Positions 50,610-61,263 of a stretch of 64,000 nucleotides of DNA are shown piece after piece. The stretch's first letter is position 1; every line of letters begins with the position of its first letter. The notes below the pieces were generated by a model. It saw only the letters and a list, made by a program, of their open reading frames with translations, did no database searches and was not told the DNA's origin. Position numbers and translations under genes: made by a program. Origin of the DNA: Rhizodiscina lignyota. Taxonomy: Eukaryota. Where the stretch lies: positions 2,108,001 through 2,172,000 of the forward strand of contig ML978125.1 in assembly GCA_010015805.1 (NCBI GenBank), in the 5' to 3' direction.

Positions 50610-52183
50610 TCACCATCCCCTCCATCGAACCCAAACATCCCTCACTATGGCACTGTCTTCGCTCTCTGAATCAACAACATAGTACCATCCATAACCAGCA
50701 GCAGCTATGCAAGCGTGGTTCGGCCAGACGAGAAGCTTCTGCCCAATATTCAACGGTTCGAACTCTTCGTCCGATCTGCTGCCTCCAGAATGCTCCTTAC
50801 CGTCGCCATCGCCTGATTCCCAGGTCAGCATGCCGTGTTCCTGACTCACGCGACCAACGATCCAACCCTTGCGATTACGTGCAGGATCGTAGAATGCTTT
50901 TTCTCCGTCTCCCGGCAGCGTCCCGGATTCTCTAGATGCCCTCCACGGCGTTACAATTCCCCAGCCAGGATAGCTTTTGCACGGCTCTCTACCAAGGGCA
51001 AGGTTCCCAGCAGGTATGAGAGCCTCCGGTTTGGCGCGATCTGAATATGTGGATGCCACTTCGACAAGGATCCTCAACCCGATGTCCTTTGTAGACAATG
51101 TCGCCGGGATACTGGGCTGGGACTGCTCCGAGGGTCGGGCACCAGTCGCGACTTGCTGCAGATCGAGCAGTGGGTATACGCCGGCGTGCAGTTCAAGCTG
51201 GCAGCTCTTCTGATCTAGTTCCTCGCCCAACTGATGCCACTGCTGCATTGCAGGATCGTTGTCTGATAGGGCAAGCAGATTCTGAGCAGATGTCGCCGTT
51301 GGTGTTGCACCGACCGAAAGCAGAAGCGGTCCTTCTCCACGTGGCATGGAGGGGAACACTGCATCTGACAGACCGCGGATTTCTGCTATCAAGCCCTCAA
51401 CGCTTTCTGCAGGCGTAGAGAAGCCGTATGAGTGGCCAAGGTGAGAATAGAACCCTCTTAAGTTTAAGTCTGGCATTCCGGGCTTCCGTGATAGCATTCT
51501 GAGCATTTCGGCGAGTGATTCAGACTTAACGGACACACCAGCACGGTGGTACCCGGTGTCGATTTTGATGAAGATTCCGACATAGGCGCCTTCGAGCCCC
51601 TCTGCTTTCGCCCTTTGCACAAATTCAAGTTGAGCTGGATGATCGACTAGGACGCTGAGAGGCCCCATGAAATTGGGTCGTGAATTGTGGTGTGGTGTGC
51701 TGCACCGCATTAGTAGCCTGTTTAGTTCCGCGATACGCGGGAAAGCGGATACGCAGAAGGGGACGCCGTATAGCATGTCCACTTCACGGCCCTTGGCAAG
51801 CGACTCCAGCATTAAGGGCATTAGATTCTCTATTTCGGCGATGGTCGAAGCAATGAGTCGGAGTGGTCGAGGATCCGGAACTTGCAACTCCGTGAGCTGA
51901 AGGGTCTATACCGTGTTATAAAAGCTATGCAAGAAGGCTTCCGCAAATATAAAAAGAGCGTGATGAAATGTACCTTGTGAGTCTTGACATGGGCGCGGAA
52001 ATGACATTTGAGCTTGTCAACAGTCTTCAGCATAGCACTGCAGTTGTTTCGTGCCACAGCCACGTCCAAAATGGCAGCTGGCCCAGTGAGATCCTCTATT
52101 CTCTTACCCACGAATTGTGACTGTAGAGCTGCCTGTGAAGGCATGGGATAGAGCATTCCCGCGGGCAGAACCCCGAAAGACAT
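50610..52183 (-). CDS. DSD1: D-serine dehydratase-like PLP enzyme, alanine racemase-type barrel (exons 52183-51974, 51905-50610)
   Basis: FRAHVKTHK|T (PLP lysine), IKIDTGYHRAGV, GFYSHLGHSY, SVGATPT, ELHAGVYPLLDLQQ, ALGREP, SQEHG, PNHACI. Confidence 0.88.
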
Positions 52184-52819
52184 GATGCCAGAGGAGATAT
52201 GACGGAGCAAAAACGGAGTATTATATAGATCTCCAGAATACTCTATATCATATGGGTGGTGGAGAGGAGTTTTGAAAATGGCTTGAAGATTGGAACACAA
52301 TACAAGGACCAATGATCATGAGTTGAAGTTTCAACGGAAGCGGGAGCAGACTTCCCTCGAGGATAAGAAAAGAGTTGCCCCGCAGCCTCGAATGGATGAG
52401 TGCACAATCTCTTCAATTAAGACAGATTGTATTCATTATAATTAAGTGACAGAGACGGACATTTGCTGAAGTATGTGAACTCGGATTTAAAGGTACGATT
52501 GCGTGCGGTAGAGGGTAAAATGGGTTTTCGCTGTCTCCTTCCTACCTTCATTGAGGCGTCAACTTTTTGGTCATCCCGACCTCAATTAAAAGTCCAGTCT
52601 AGATAAGGTTAAGCGCCAAGCTTTAACAGATCTTCTTTAGCAACGCCACCCGTGTTTTAGGGGCTGCAACACACTCATGATTGCTTCTTCCTTCATGAGC
52701 AGCTGACTGCTCGGCCTCCAAGAGCAGATAGCATCTTTCCCTTCGACGGTATTATACTCTATTTCCTATCACCCGGTCTTTACAATCGGCTCCAAATTTG
52801 ATAAAATCGATACTATGAC

Positions 52820-55436
52820 ATGACGTCGACGCACTCTCGTCCCGGAGATGGAATCCACCGCACCATCAGCCAACATTTGGCTGCGGTGCGATCGCGTGAG
52901 GAGCAGGAAACGCTACTCGGAGATGAGGAAGAGGCCGACGGAGAAGGATGCATTGGATTAAATGACCAGATCTATTTCACGCCAAATCCACATTCATCCT
53001 TACCAGTGTACAAGACGATCCACAGGTATTCTCCACCGCTGCCAGGATGTATTACCAGATGCTGATAAAGCTGCAGGATACGGAGGTTGATCCTAGCGAC
53101 TATAGGTGAGTAATTCGTACGATTGTTTGTCGCTCGGAATCTCATTCCGTCCGTAGAGGATCCATATACCCTTGAGCAGTTAAGGAGCGTTCGCATGAAT
53201 GTCATGATTGTCAGGCCACTCATTGACCGACTTTACGACCAAGACGATGTTTCAATCGGTACGTATACTCCATTTTGACCAAGTTAATCCGTTCACTTTT
53301 TTCCCCTTGAACAGTCTGAATACGGACCCTCATCTCTTGCATGTCTCGAGGGTGACAAAACAGCTCGCCGCCGGGAGGCTGTAATGCCTAAAAGCGCTCG
53401 GCTCTTACCCTATAAAGTTAGCGAGACTATCTCTGGAAGCCTTGTTGTACACTTTTTGGGGTATACACAACAAGGGCGTACTATCAAAGACCTTGCACGC
53501 TTTAATGGCTGTAGAGCAAATTGAAAGCGTCGGCCGCGCGTGTGGGGAGGTATCGTTCGATTATACGCGGAGGCTATAATATAGCTTCCCAGTACCTTGA
53601 AAGTTGTGGCAAACTTGTCACCCTCGAGCATATCTTCTATGTACTGAGAAAAATCGGGTTCGTTCTAACGCGCCGATAGTGTACTGTCTCCTTGTCAACC
53701 GAGCTCAGTTCCTCCGCGACCAACATAGCCAGTCTCATCATTTGACAATCAATGGCACACGTGCAAGTCTTTGCGAACTCCTCGCTACCCGCGTGCTGCG
53801 TCGATTTGATGACGACAATCCTACACGGAAAGGCCTGCTCCTTCTCTCTAACATTCTCGTCGCTGGATTCGAACCATTCCAGAATGCCCCCGACGAAGTG
53901 CTGCAGAGCAATGATCATCTTCGGGACTGGCATTCGGCACTGAAACGTACGGGCTACGAGCGAGCATTGACGGCCCTTGAAATTGCCATAATCACCGAAA
54001 GCAAGCTTTTCCTTTCATCGTCCTCCGTGCAAAAGGTCATCGACGCAGTATATGTTGGCCGCGTCGTGTATACTCCACTTACCTTCATCGATATTATCCC
54101 CGATCACTACAAGCACCGTCCTATCTCACTCTACGATCCTCGCCGGGCGTCGCTCCTTAATCAGTACCGCATGATCGTACCGCGAACCCGGAACTTCATT
54201 GAAGTCGGACAATTTATCGCTCTTCTCGTGCTCTTCATGCTCGCTCTCGCGAACAGAGACGACAATATCTTCACAGTTTACGAGATCTGCTTTATGGTCT
54301 ACGGACTAGGGTGGTGTCTTGATGAATTTGCCTCTATTCTCGAGCATGGCTGGCATGTGCATACGCAGAACTTGTGGGCGTTTCTCGACATCACGTTCCT
54401 TGTCATCTACTTGGTCTACTTTATCATGCGTTTGCATGCTCGCGCTACCGGCGACGTCGAATTAGGGCGCCAGGCCCTCGATGTGCTAGCAATTGCTGCA
54501 CCCATCCTTCTACCGCGCCTGGCATTCAACCTCATGCCGGAAAACATCCTCTTCATCTCCCTTCGCGCGATGATGGGAGACTTCATGATTCTCACTGCCA
54601 TCGCCTTCTGGTGTTTCGCTGGGTTCTTGCTAGCCATGAATTGGCTATCTCGGTGGGGCGCAGAGCACGAAGGGTCTGATATAGACCCTCTCACTATTTC
54701 CAAATGGATGCTATGGATCTGGTTCGGGCTTGATGGAACAGGAATTACCCGTAGTGTTGATCTCCATCGCATATGGGGTCCAACAATGATGGTCCTGTTC
54801 GCGTTTCTAGGCAACACGCTCTTCCTAACCATCCTTGTGTCGATGCTTTCGAATACCTTTGCCAAAATCGTGGCAGACTCCGCCGCCGAGATACAGTTCC
54901 GACGCGCAGTTTTGACCTTCGAAGGCGTCAAAAGCGACGCCATCTTCGCTTACCGTCCACCCTTCAACCTCCTTGCCGTGGTTATTCTCCTACCACTTAA
55001 ATTCGTTCTCAGTCCACGCTGGCTCCACAAAGTCAACATCACCGCCGTCCGCATCCTCAATTTCCCCTTCCTCATTCTTCTTTGCTACTGGGAGCGGAAC
55101 ACCCTCTGGCGTTCACGTCCAAGCACCGTTCCACACGGACCATCAAAGAAAAACAAGTGGCAGTTCTGGAACTGGGGCCGCTTCAGCTTCTCCGTGCACG
55201 GTGACATCCAAGCCGTTTTCGACGCAGAGCCGCCACGGGATATGGTTGATGAGATCGAAGAGGAGGACATGTTAGACGAAGACATCTGGGCGAATGGGCT
55301 CATGGGAGAAGGCGGAGGGTTTGGGAGGAGAGCGAGTCAGTGGTCGGCGAGGGAGAGTGAGGATGGAAGCGGGGACAGGAGTTGGAGTCGCAGTATTTAC
55401 ACAAGGCGCCGTCGAAGCAGTATGGTGGGGAATTAG
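52820..55436 (+). CDS. YVC1-like TRP-family non-selective cation channel (exons 52820-53025, 53077-53105, 53157-53258, 53680-55436)
   Basis: DPYTLEQLRSVRMN, VYCLLVNRAQF, RASLCELLATRVLR, ALEIAI, multiple TM segments, WIWFGLDGTG pore region, NTLFLTILVSMLSNTF, YRPPFNLLA. Confidence 0.88.
53345..53628 (+). mobile_element. MITE copy 5 (284 bp, longer variant) inside intron 3 of the channel gene
   Basis: Perfect 14-bp TIR CTCGAGGGTGACAA ... TTGTCACCCTCGAG; flanks CATGT/CATAT (4 of 5 match); internal gttagcgagactatctctggaag matches copy 1 gctagcgagagcatctctgaaag at the same offset. Confidence 0.82.
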
Positions 55437-55537
55437 TAGGCTTGGAGATCTCGGCTGCTTCTTGGATCTTCCAATGTTTTGGCTTAGGGTTGGCAAAATT
55501 TCGATTATCTACAATGTATAGCGCCCTAGGTTTGACT

Positions 55538-55704
55538 GAAGATTCCCATCACCGCCGAGAAAAGCCCTCTCCTTTCATTGCCTCTGTACAAAAAGTCATT
55601 AACACACTATACATACATTAGCTATGTTGGGTATACCCCAATTAGTTTCTTCGACATTCTCCCTGATCACTACGTACAGTCACTGGCCCTTCTCACTTTG
55701 GATC
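55538..55704 (+). pseudogene. Decayed partial duplicate of channel coding segment ~53979-54138
   Basis: cctctgtacaaaaagtcattaacacactatac vs cctccgtgcaaaaggtcatcgacgcagtatat; translates to SVQKVINTLY and YTPISFFDILPDHY vs SVQKVIDAVY and YTPLTFIDIIPDHY; contains indels and stops. Confidence 0.8.
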
Positions 55705-56758
55705 ACACTTTGGACACATATGACTAACATCGCAAGTCACTTGCGCCTTGCTGACAATCAATTGAAATTATTATAGCGAAGAGAAACATTGACATTACGA
55801 GTAGGGCCAAAGGTAGAGACAACGTCCCCGGACTCAGCCCCGACCTCAGCCACTTGTCAGGATCTACACCTCCATATTGCGACACCAAGCTGTTCCGTTC
55901 TACCGATTCTCATCGACGATGGCACTCCTCAGCTGTGGGCCGGTTTCGCGCCACTGCATGAGAAAAATCATGTTTTTGGACCCGTGAAGTCCATTGCCAA
56001 CTGTTTGGCGCTGTCGTCGCGTTTGTCCGGGAACGGCGAACCAGCCAGGTGGACCTCCCCCATCAAGATTGTGGAAGATATTCGTCTGCGAATTCTTCGC
56101 TGCATTTATCCAATTGTTAGAGATACCATCGTGACAGCTGAGCACAAAAGCAAGCATCGTGGTAGGCGGGGAGTGAGACGATTACCGCTACCTGCCATCG
56201 ACGGGACTATTGACGGAAGGAAACGTACAGCTTTAGCGAAAGGATCGGGAGACAGAGGGTCGCTGAAGCCACTGAAAGTATTGATTCATTTATTTTCTGC
56301 GATTTAGCGAGATGGGTTCGCACGTGCGACGTTGAGATGCAGAAAATGATCGTGATATCTGTTTCCTTCCGTGTTCGACTTCTGAAAAGGGATCCCGAGA
56401 ATCCAAAGAGGTATTGAAACAGCATGAAATGAGTATCAGGGAACATATTGAGATGCAGTTCTCCGTTGATAACCCATCATGATCGGCGTCTTCCGCCTTC
56501 GCATGTCGTTTGCGCTGCTGCCTGTTCCAATGTCTCAAGCGGTTTGAATGCTCTGGCATACGTAGCAACTTCTGTTATAATACATTCCTGCTATTATCCT
56601 GACAGTTCTCCAGTTCAAGAGATACAAGTACTTCCGCCCCTTCCCTCCACCTCCATCCGCACACTTTCACACTTTCAAGAACTCATCTTGTACTTACCAA
56701 CCTCTACCACAGTGTTAGTCCAAAGGGCCCCCAAAGCACCTTTACACTAACATGATAG

Positions 56759-57443
56759 ACAGGAAGAGCTCACGTCGACCAGCAGCTTACGCCTCTCCCA
56801 GTATGGTAGACTCCTTGCCTGCCAGCTCTACCCTCATGACTCCAGCTTCAGCGAAGAGGTACGTCTGCTGCCCAACTCCAGAACAATTAAACTGACACAA
56901 GACAGCAACAAGCTGGCCAACAAGGCGGGTTCGACTGCGAACCCATCCAATGCCAAAGACGTCACCGAGATGGCCGACAAGCTCAAGTATGAGGTCATCA
57001 ATAACCCGACGGAGAGCGGCCCTTCTACCACGGCCACTCCAGCCACCGGCTCCATCGAGGGCGGCAGCGACGAACACAACGAGGGACTCCTTCAATCTCC
57101 CTCGGCGGTCTCCAAGAATACCAAGGACGTCAAGGACGTCAAAGAGCTGGATGCGGGCCAAGGCGCGGTTCCAGACTCTGGCGAGCCTGTCGCCAATCCG
57201 GCGGCCTTCGAGTTCAACCTCGCCCTTTCTGGAGACTGGAAGGAGCTTAACCTGTTCTGCAGCGTCGAGAACGCCTCTTATCAGCAGCTCCCGAAAGCCT
57301 CTCCGGCTGTTCGCCGCAACGCTGCGAAGGCCCTGGTGCTCATCTTGAAGTACCGCAACACCTTGCTCCCGTTCGCCTTCCTCATCTTGGGCCCGGCGAG
57401 GGTCCTGTCCTTCCTCCTCTTACTCTGCTTCGCGGCCTTCTGA
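56759..57443 (+). CDS. Hypothetical spliced protein with hydrophobic C-terminus (5' end uncertain, likely further upstream)
   Basis: Codon-biased ORF 56970-57443 extends upstream across a GTACGT...CTGAC...CAG intron (~56859-56906); further branch/acceptor CTAAC...TAG at ~56747-56758; ends LLPFAFLILGPARVLSFLLLLCFAAF*. Confidence 0.55.
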
Positions 57444-57978
57444 GTATACGGGATACATGCGGCGGCCTGCACTTTGATGGGTGGACGACCGACACGGAGG
57501 TGATCATGGGACTCGAGAGAGATATGTAAGAAAAGAACAATAGTGACACAGGAATAAAAGTTTGCTCTCGGTATCTTTTTCTGCTGGCATGGGCGCGCTG
57601 GAGGCTGTACTTACTCCAACTTTCGCTGTAGCTAGGCCGCGATTTGTGCAAGTTAGGGTTCTGATAGCAAAATTGAGCAATGAAATGCTATCAATCAACA
57701 GGGCAGTAGTTGTGATGTCGTCCCTTCACTACACAACGCAGCTTACACCCAGTACGTCGAGAGCAGTTAAGACCCGAGAGAAGGTGAGATGGATTGATGC
57801 AGTTCAATTCATAGCGTAGCAATACAATCGATGCTTCGTGATAACAACACTAAGGGAATGTAAAATCAAGGTTCAGCAAATCATAGCCTTCTTGAATAGT
57901 AAGCGGTTCCTCAGGGACCACCAAGTCCCGGTTTAGCCGACGCTTTTTGGCATTGTACTTTCTCGTAGGTCGTCGGAC

Positions 57979-58080
57979 GGCCTCTTCTGATAAGATGAAG
58001 GGTATCGCAGGCTGACGAATGGCCTTTTCTGACAAGGGTGAAGGTATCGTTTGACGAGTGGCTGTCTCCTTCAAGGGATA
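57979..58080. repeat. Degenerate tandem repeat, units of 42 and 39 bp plus a partial third
   Basis: ggcctcttctgataagatgaagggtatcgcaggctgacgaat / ggccttttctgacaagggtgaaggtatcgtttgacgagt / ggctgtctccttcaaggg. Confidence 0.7.
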
Positions 58081-58190
58081 CCGACACCGTTCCTCCGCTA
58101 GAGTCGCGTAAGCACCCAGCATACGAAGGCAGTAGCAAACAGGCATGGAGCGATAAGAGTGTCTTTCATCTCTCACCACTCCGATACGAG

Positions 58191-59237
58191 TCAGCTACTA
58201 CCCCTTGGCCTTCCTCTCGGTCTACCTCTCGTGGCGCCTCTTCCACCCGGCGGATTGCCTTGTCCATGTCCGTTCCCCGTTCGCATTTGGTTCATTTGCG
58301 TATCGGCGGTTGTGAAGTGCGGCGCTGGAGCTGTGACGCTAGTTGCGTACAGTGGATGTGGCGCTGCAGTAGGAGTCTCCCACTTCACGCTGTGGAGGAG
58401 CGGATATAGTCCCTTTACGTCGTTAATCACTTGTCCTAACATGTTTGTTTGCCTCGCCATCTCGGCTGCTACCCATGCCTCGTGTCGCTCGCGCTTGACG
58501 CGGTTCTGGTCGTGGAATGTTGCAGACGTGGTGCGCCATCGCTCCTCGCGTTGATGGTACTCGGACGATGCTGTGCGCCGGCACGTTTCCACCCATTTGA
58601 TTTGCTTCGTGAGTTGTCTGATTTCTTTCTCCAAATCAAATGGGGCGGAAGGATCATCATCTTCTTCATCTGGAGCAGTTGGGTGCTCGCCGTCCTCGGG
58701 ATTTACAGCGAGGGCGGCATTGGCTTGCGCAGTAGCTGCAGCCGCAAGGTCAGGAGTCGATTGTTGGCCGTTCTGCTTCTGGCGTTTCGCGGAAGGAGTT
58801 GTGGTGTCTACTTCGCCAGCGTAGTCCATGTAGCGCTTGCCTTTGCTGACAGTGGATGCGCCAGTGGTGGTTGCAGGCGCGTCGAGTGGGTTTATTTTGA
58901 TGATTAGACGCGACTCGTCAGCGGTGCTTGCGTCGGAAATGGCAAGCGCGTACGATTGACGATCGCCAATTGTGAGCTTGAACTCGCCGGAGAGCTTGAT
59001 GGTCGCGTCGGACTGAGGCTTGAGGTTGTCGAGCATCTCCTTCAGAAGGTTGCGAATGCTGCGGCCGGCCTCGGTGACGACGTCCTGGTCTTTTTTCCAT
59101 GCTGATGCTGATGCTGTTGATGTTTCCCCGTCTGGAGCGTGGTCGGGAGCATTGCCGACATCATCGTTCGGAGTTTGATAGGTGTCCTCAGCTTCGGCGT
59201 CGCCGTCGCGAGAGGAGGGCTCGAATGGTGAATCCAT
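58191..59237 (-). CDS. Hypothetical nuclear protein with coiled coil and C-terminal AT-hook-like motifs, 348 aa
   Basis: Long ATG ORF; NLS-like PSAKRQK; coiled coil LEKEIRQLTKQIKWVETCRR...REERW; ends TRGRPRGRPRGSS. Confidence 0.75.
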   Translation of the reverse strand: MDSPFEPSSRDGDAEAEDTYQTPNDDVGNAPDHAPDGETSTASASAWKKDQDVVTEAGRSIRNLLKEMLDNLKPQSDATIKLSGEFKLTIGDRQSYALAISDASTADESRLIIKINPLDAPATTTGASTVSKGKRYMDYAGEVDTTTPSAKRQKQNGQQSTPDLAAAATAQANAALAVNPEDGEHPTAPDEEDDDPSAPFDLEKEIRQLTKQIKWVETCRRTASSEYHQREERWRTTSATFHDQNRVKRERHEAWVAAEMARQTNMLGQVINDVKGLYPLLHSVKWETPTAAPHPLYATSVTAPAPHFTTADTQMNQMRTGNGHGQGNPPGGRGATRGRPRGRPRGSS

Positions 59238-60069
59238 GGATGCGAGCGGAGATGCGTGACTTGCGATTGCGACCGGCCGATCTGGGTGGGTGCTGTTGAT
59301 TTAATACGTTGCTTATTGCGAGCGCGCTGAGACCAACCGAATGTAGCTGGGCGTGCTCCGGCGAACGAGAGGCCTATTCCCGATCAGGTGCCCCGAGCGA
59401 AGGATGGCATAATAGCATGGCTGGGAGCAGGGGGTAATATATAAATGCAGTTGGTAAGCTGCCGATTTGAGTGAGGGGTGGACGAAGCCTGGCGGACGAG
59501 CGTAGGTAACGTTAGCAACTAGCAAACAGCCACAACAGCCCAGTTCTCGCTAGTGCGCGGAGCGGAGAGGGACGGCAGTGCACGGCCCGTCCTTGGCGGA
59601 CATCACGTGACAACCATCAACTGCTGGGCGTATGGAGGGTCGGCGGGAGCCTTTGACGACGAGAACATATCGATGCTCATTTGCTGCCCATGACACACCG
59701 AGACACAGAAATAAATATAATGCTGTGCTCCGCAATTCGTACTTGTCCTATACCGGTGGATTTTTCAATCGTCCATTTTCAATCTTCGCATCTGTCCCGC
59801 TCCTAAATCGAAAACTTGGTCTTGTACGTAGAGCCCATTACTTGTTTGGTTGGAGGGACATCAAGGTTCTAGAGCAGATTACAAGAGCTAGGCCTACCTT
59901 GGTAATCCTCTTGTGTATCCTACTCAGCTCTTCACGAAAATAGCAGATGCCAGGTTCGAATATCGAAAAAAGAGAGATCAACCAACAGCCCGGTCCGCAA
60001 CTGACTGTATTGGAGTGCTCAGCTAGATCGGCTAGGAGTTACTGCAAGACGTAGAACCTCATTGGGTAC

Positions 60070-60293
60070 CACGCGGGTGACAAAATAGCTGCGCCCGATC
60101 AATTGGAACGGCTGCAGTAAGAACAAGTTTGGCTCTTCAGCACGAGCAAGAGCATCTCTGAAAGCTCGATTACATATACCTAGAGCGTGTTTGTTGAAAG
60201 CACGTAGCTTTAGTGCGCATAACCCATATTAATTAAGGAGGGATGCGGTTCGACATATTGCAGCCGGGGCTCAACTATTTTATCACCCACCTG
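60070..60293 (+). mobile_element. MITE copy 4 (224 bp, subfamily b)
   Basis: Ends CACGCGGGTGACAAAATAGCTG ... CTCAACTATTTTATCACCCACCTG; perfect 5-bp TSD GGTAC (60065-60069 and 60294-60298). Confidence 0.92.
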
Positions 60294-61263
60294 GGTACCT
60301 AGTTACCCATGTTCACGCTCCCACGTTTTCCTTGTCCAGGGAGGGCTAAAGCATGGGGCACGGTCGCGCCCATCACTGGTCGAGTGTTTCAACTCACCCG
60401 TTGTCTAAAGTGACGAATCTCTTAGAGCCTGCAAGTGCTCGTCGCGCAGGTTCCTGCTGGAAGCTTGCGGCGTGAACTGCGAAGTAGTGGAGACGCGAGA
60501 GGGAAGACAGCGCAGCCATTCGTTGAGAGCACAAGAAGCTGCAGGAATTGCAGCACACGAGCGATTGGCGATTGCTCGAACGTCCACCTTTATTGGGTCA
60601 CGGGCCATGGCCTCTCTCCTCGCACGGGGAACACGCTAGCTCCATGTACTATTTCCTCCTTGAAATCGCAACACCACTGCCCCTGGATCCTGGCGATCAC
60701 CCTGTCGCCAGCACTTTGTTGCGCGGTTCAATTCACGCTGTGCGACGCGTCAAATCCCTCTGCGTTTCTGCCAGTTGCAATGTGTGATCGCCTGACAGTA
60801 CGTACACGACTCCCAGTGGCCATACGAGCAGCTATTCTTAGTCACGACCAGCACCGCCTGCAGTAGACCTATACAAGACCCTGACATCTCACTGCAAGCC
60901 CTGTCTCCAGGGCTTCCACCCCGGCTTGCACGTTTAGTCTTTCTGCGAGGCAAAACTCCGTGCGATCAATCTATAACCCGGCCCTCTCCCCTCCTGAAAG
61001 TCTCCCATCGGCCTGAGTTCCTCCCCGGACCTCGACTCGATAGGGCGGCGCACGCTTCTCTGGAGAGTAGGAAGAGATAGCGAAACTACTTTTCTGCTTT
61101 CTAAGGACGTGTTCTCGGGGCAGGATCCAGGAGCTTCTGAACCCTCTCGATCCACTTTACACCTTACATTATTCCACGCTACGTACAGCACCCCTCATGA
61201 CATGCATAACGCTCGCTGTTTCCTACCAGTATCCTTTAGAACCATCGACCCCACGACGACATC

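Noticed and set aside
52559..52578. Solo TIR-like tcaactttttggtcatccc in the DSD1/channel promoter
   Set aside because: No convincing partner end, internal similarity or TSD.
55789..56307. 172-codon TTG-started ORF
   Set aside because: No ATG start, motif or splice support.
59940..59975. GGTTCGAAT T-loop-like motif (similar motifs at ~2523 and ~28191)
   Set aside because: No cloverleaf stems or A-box; not tRNA.
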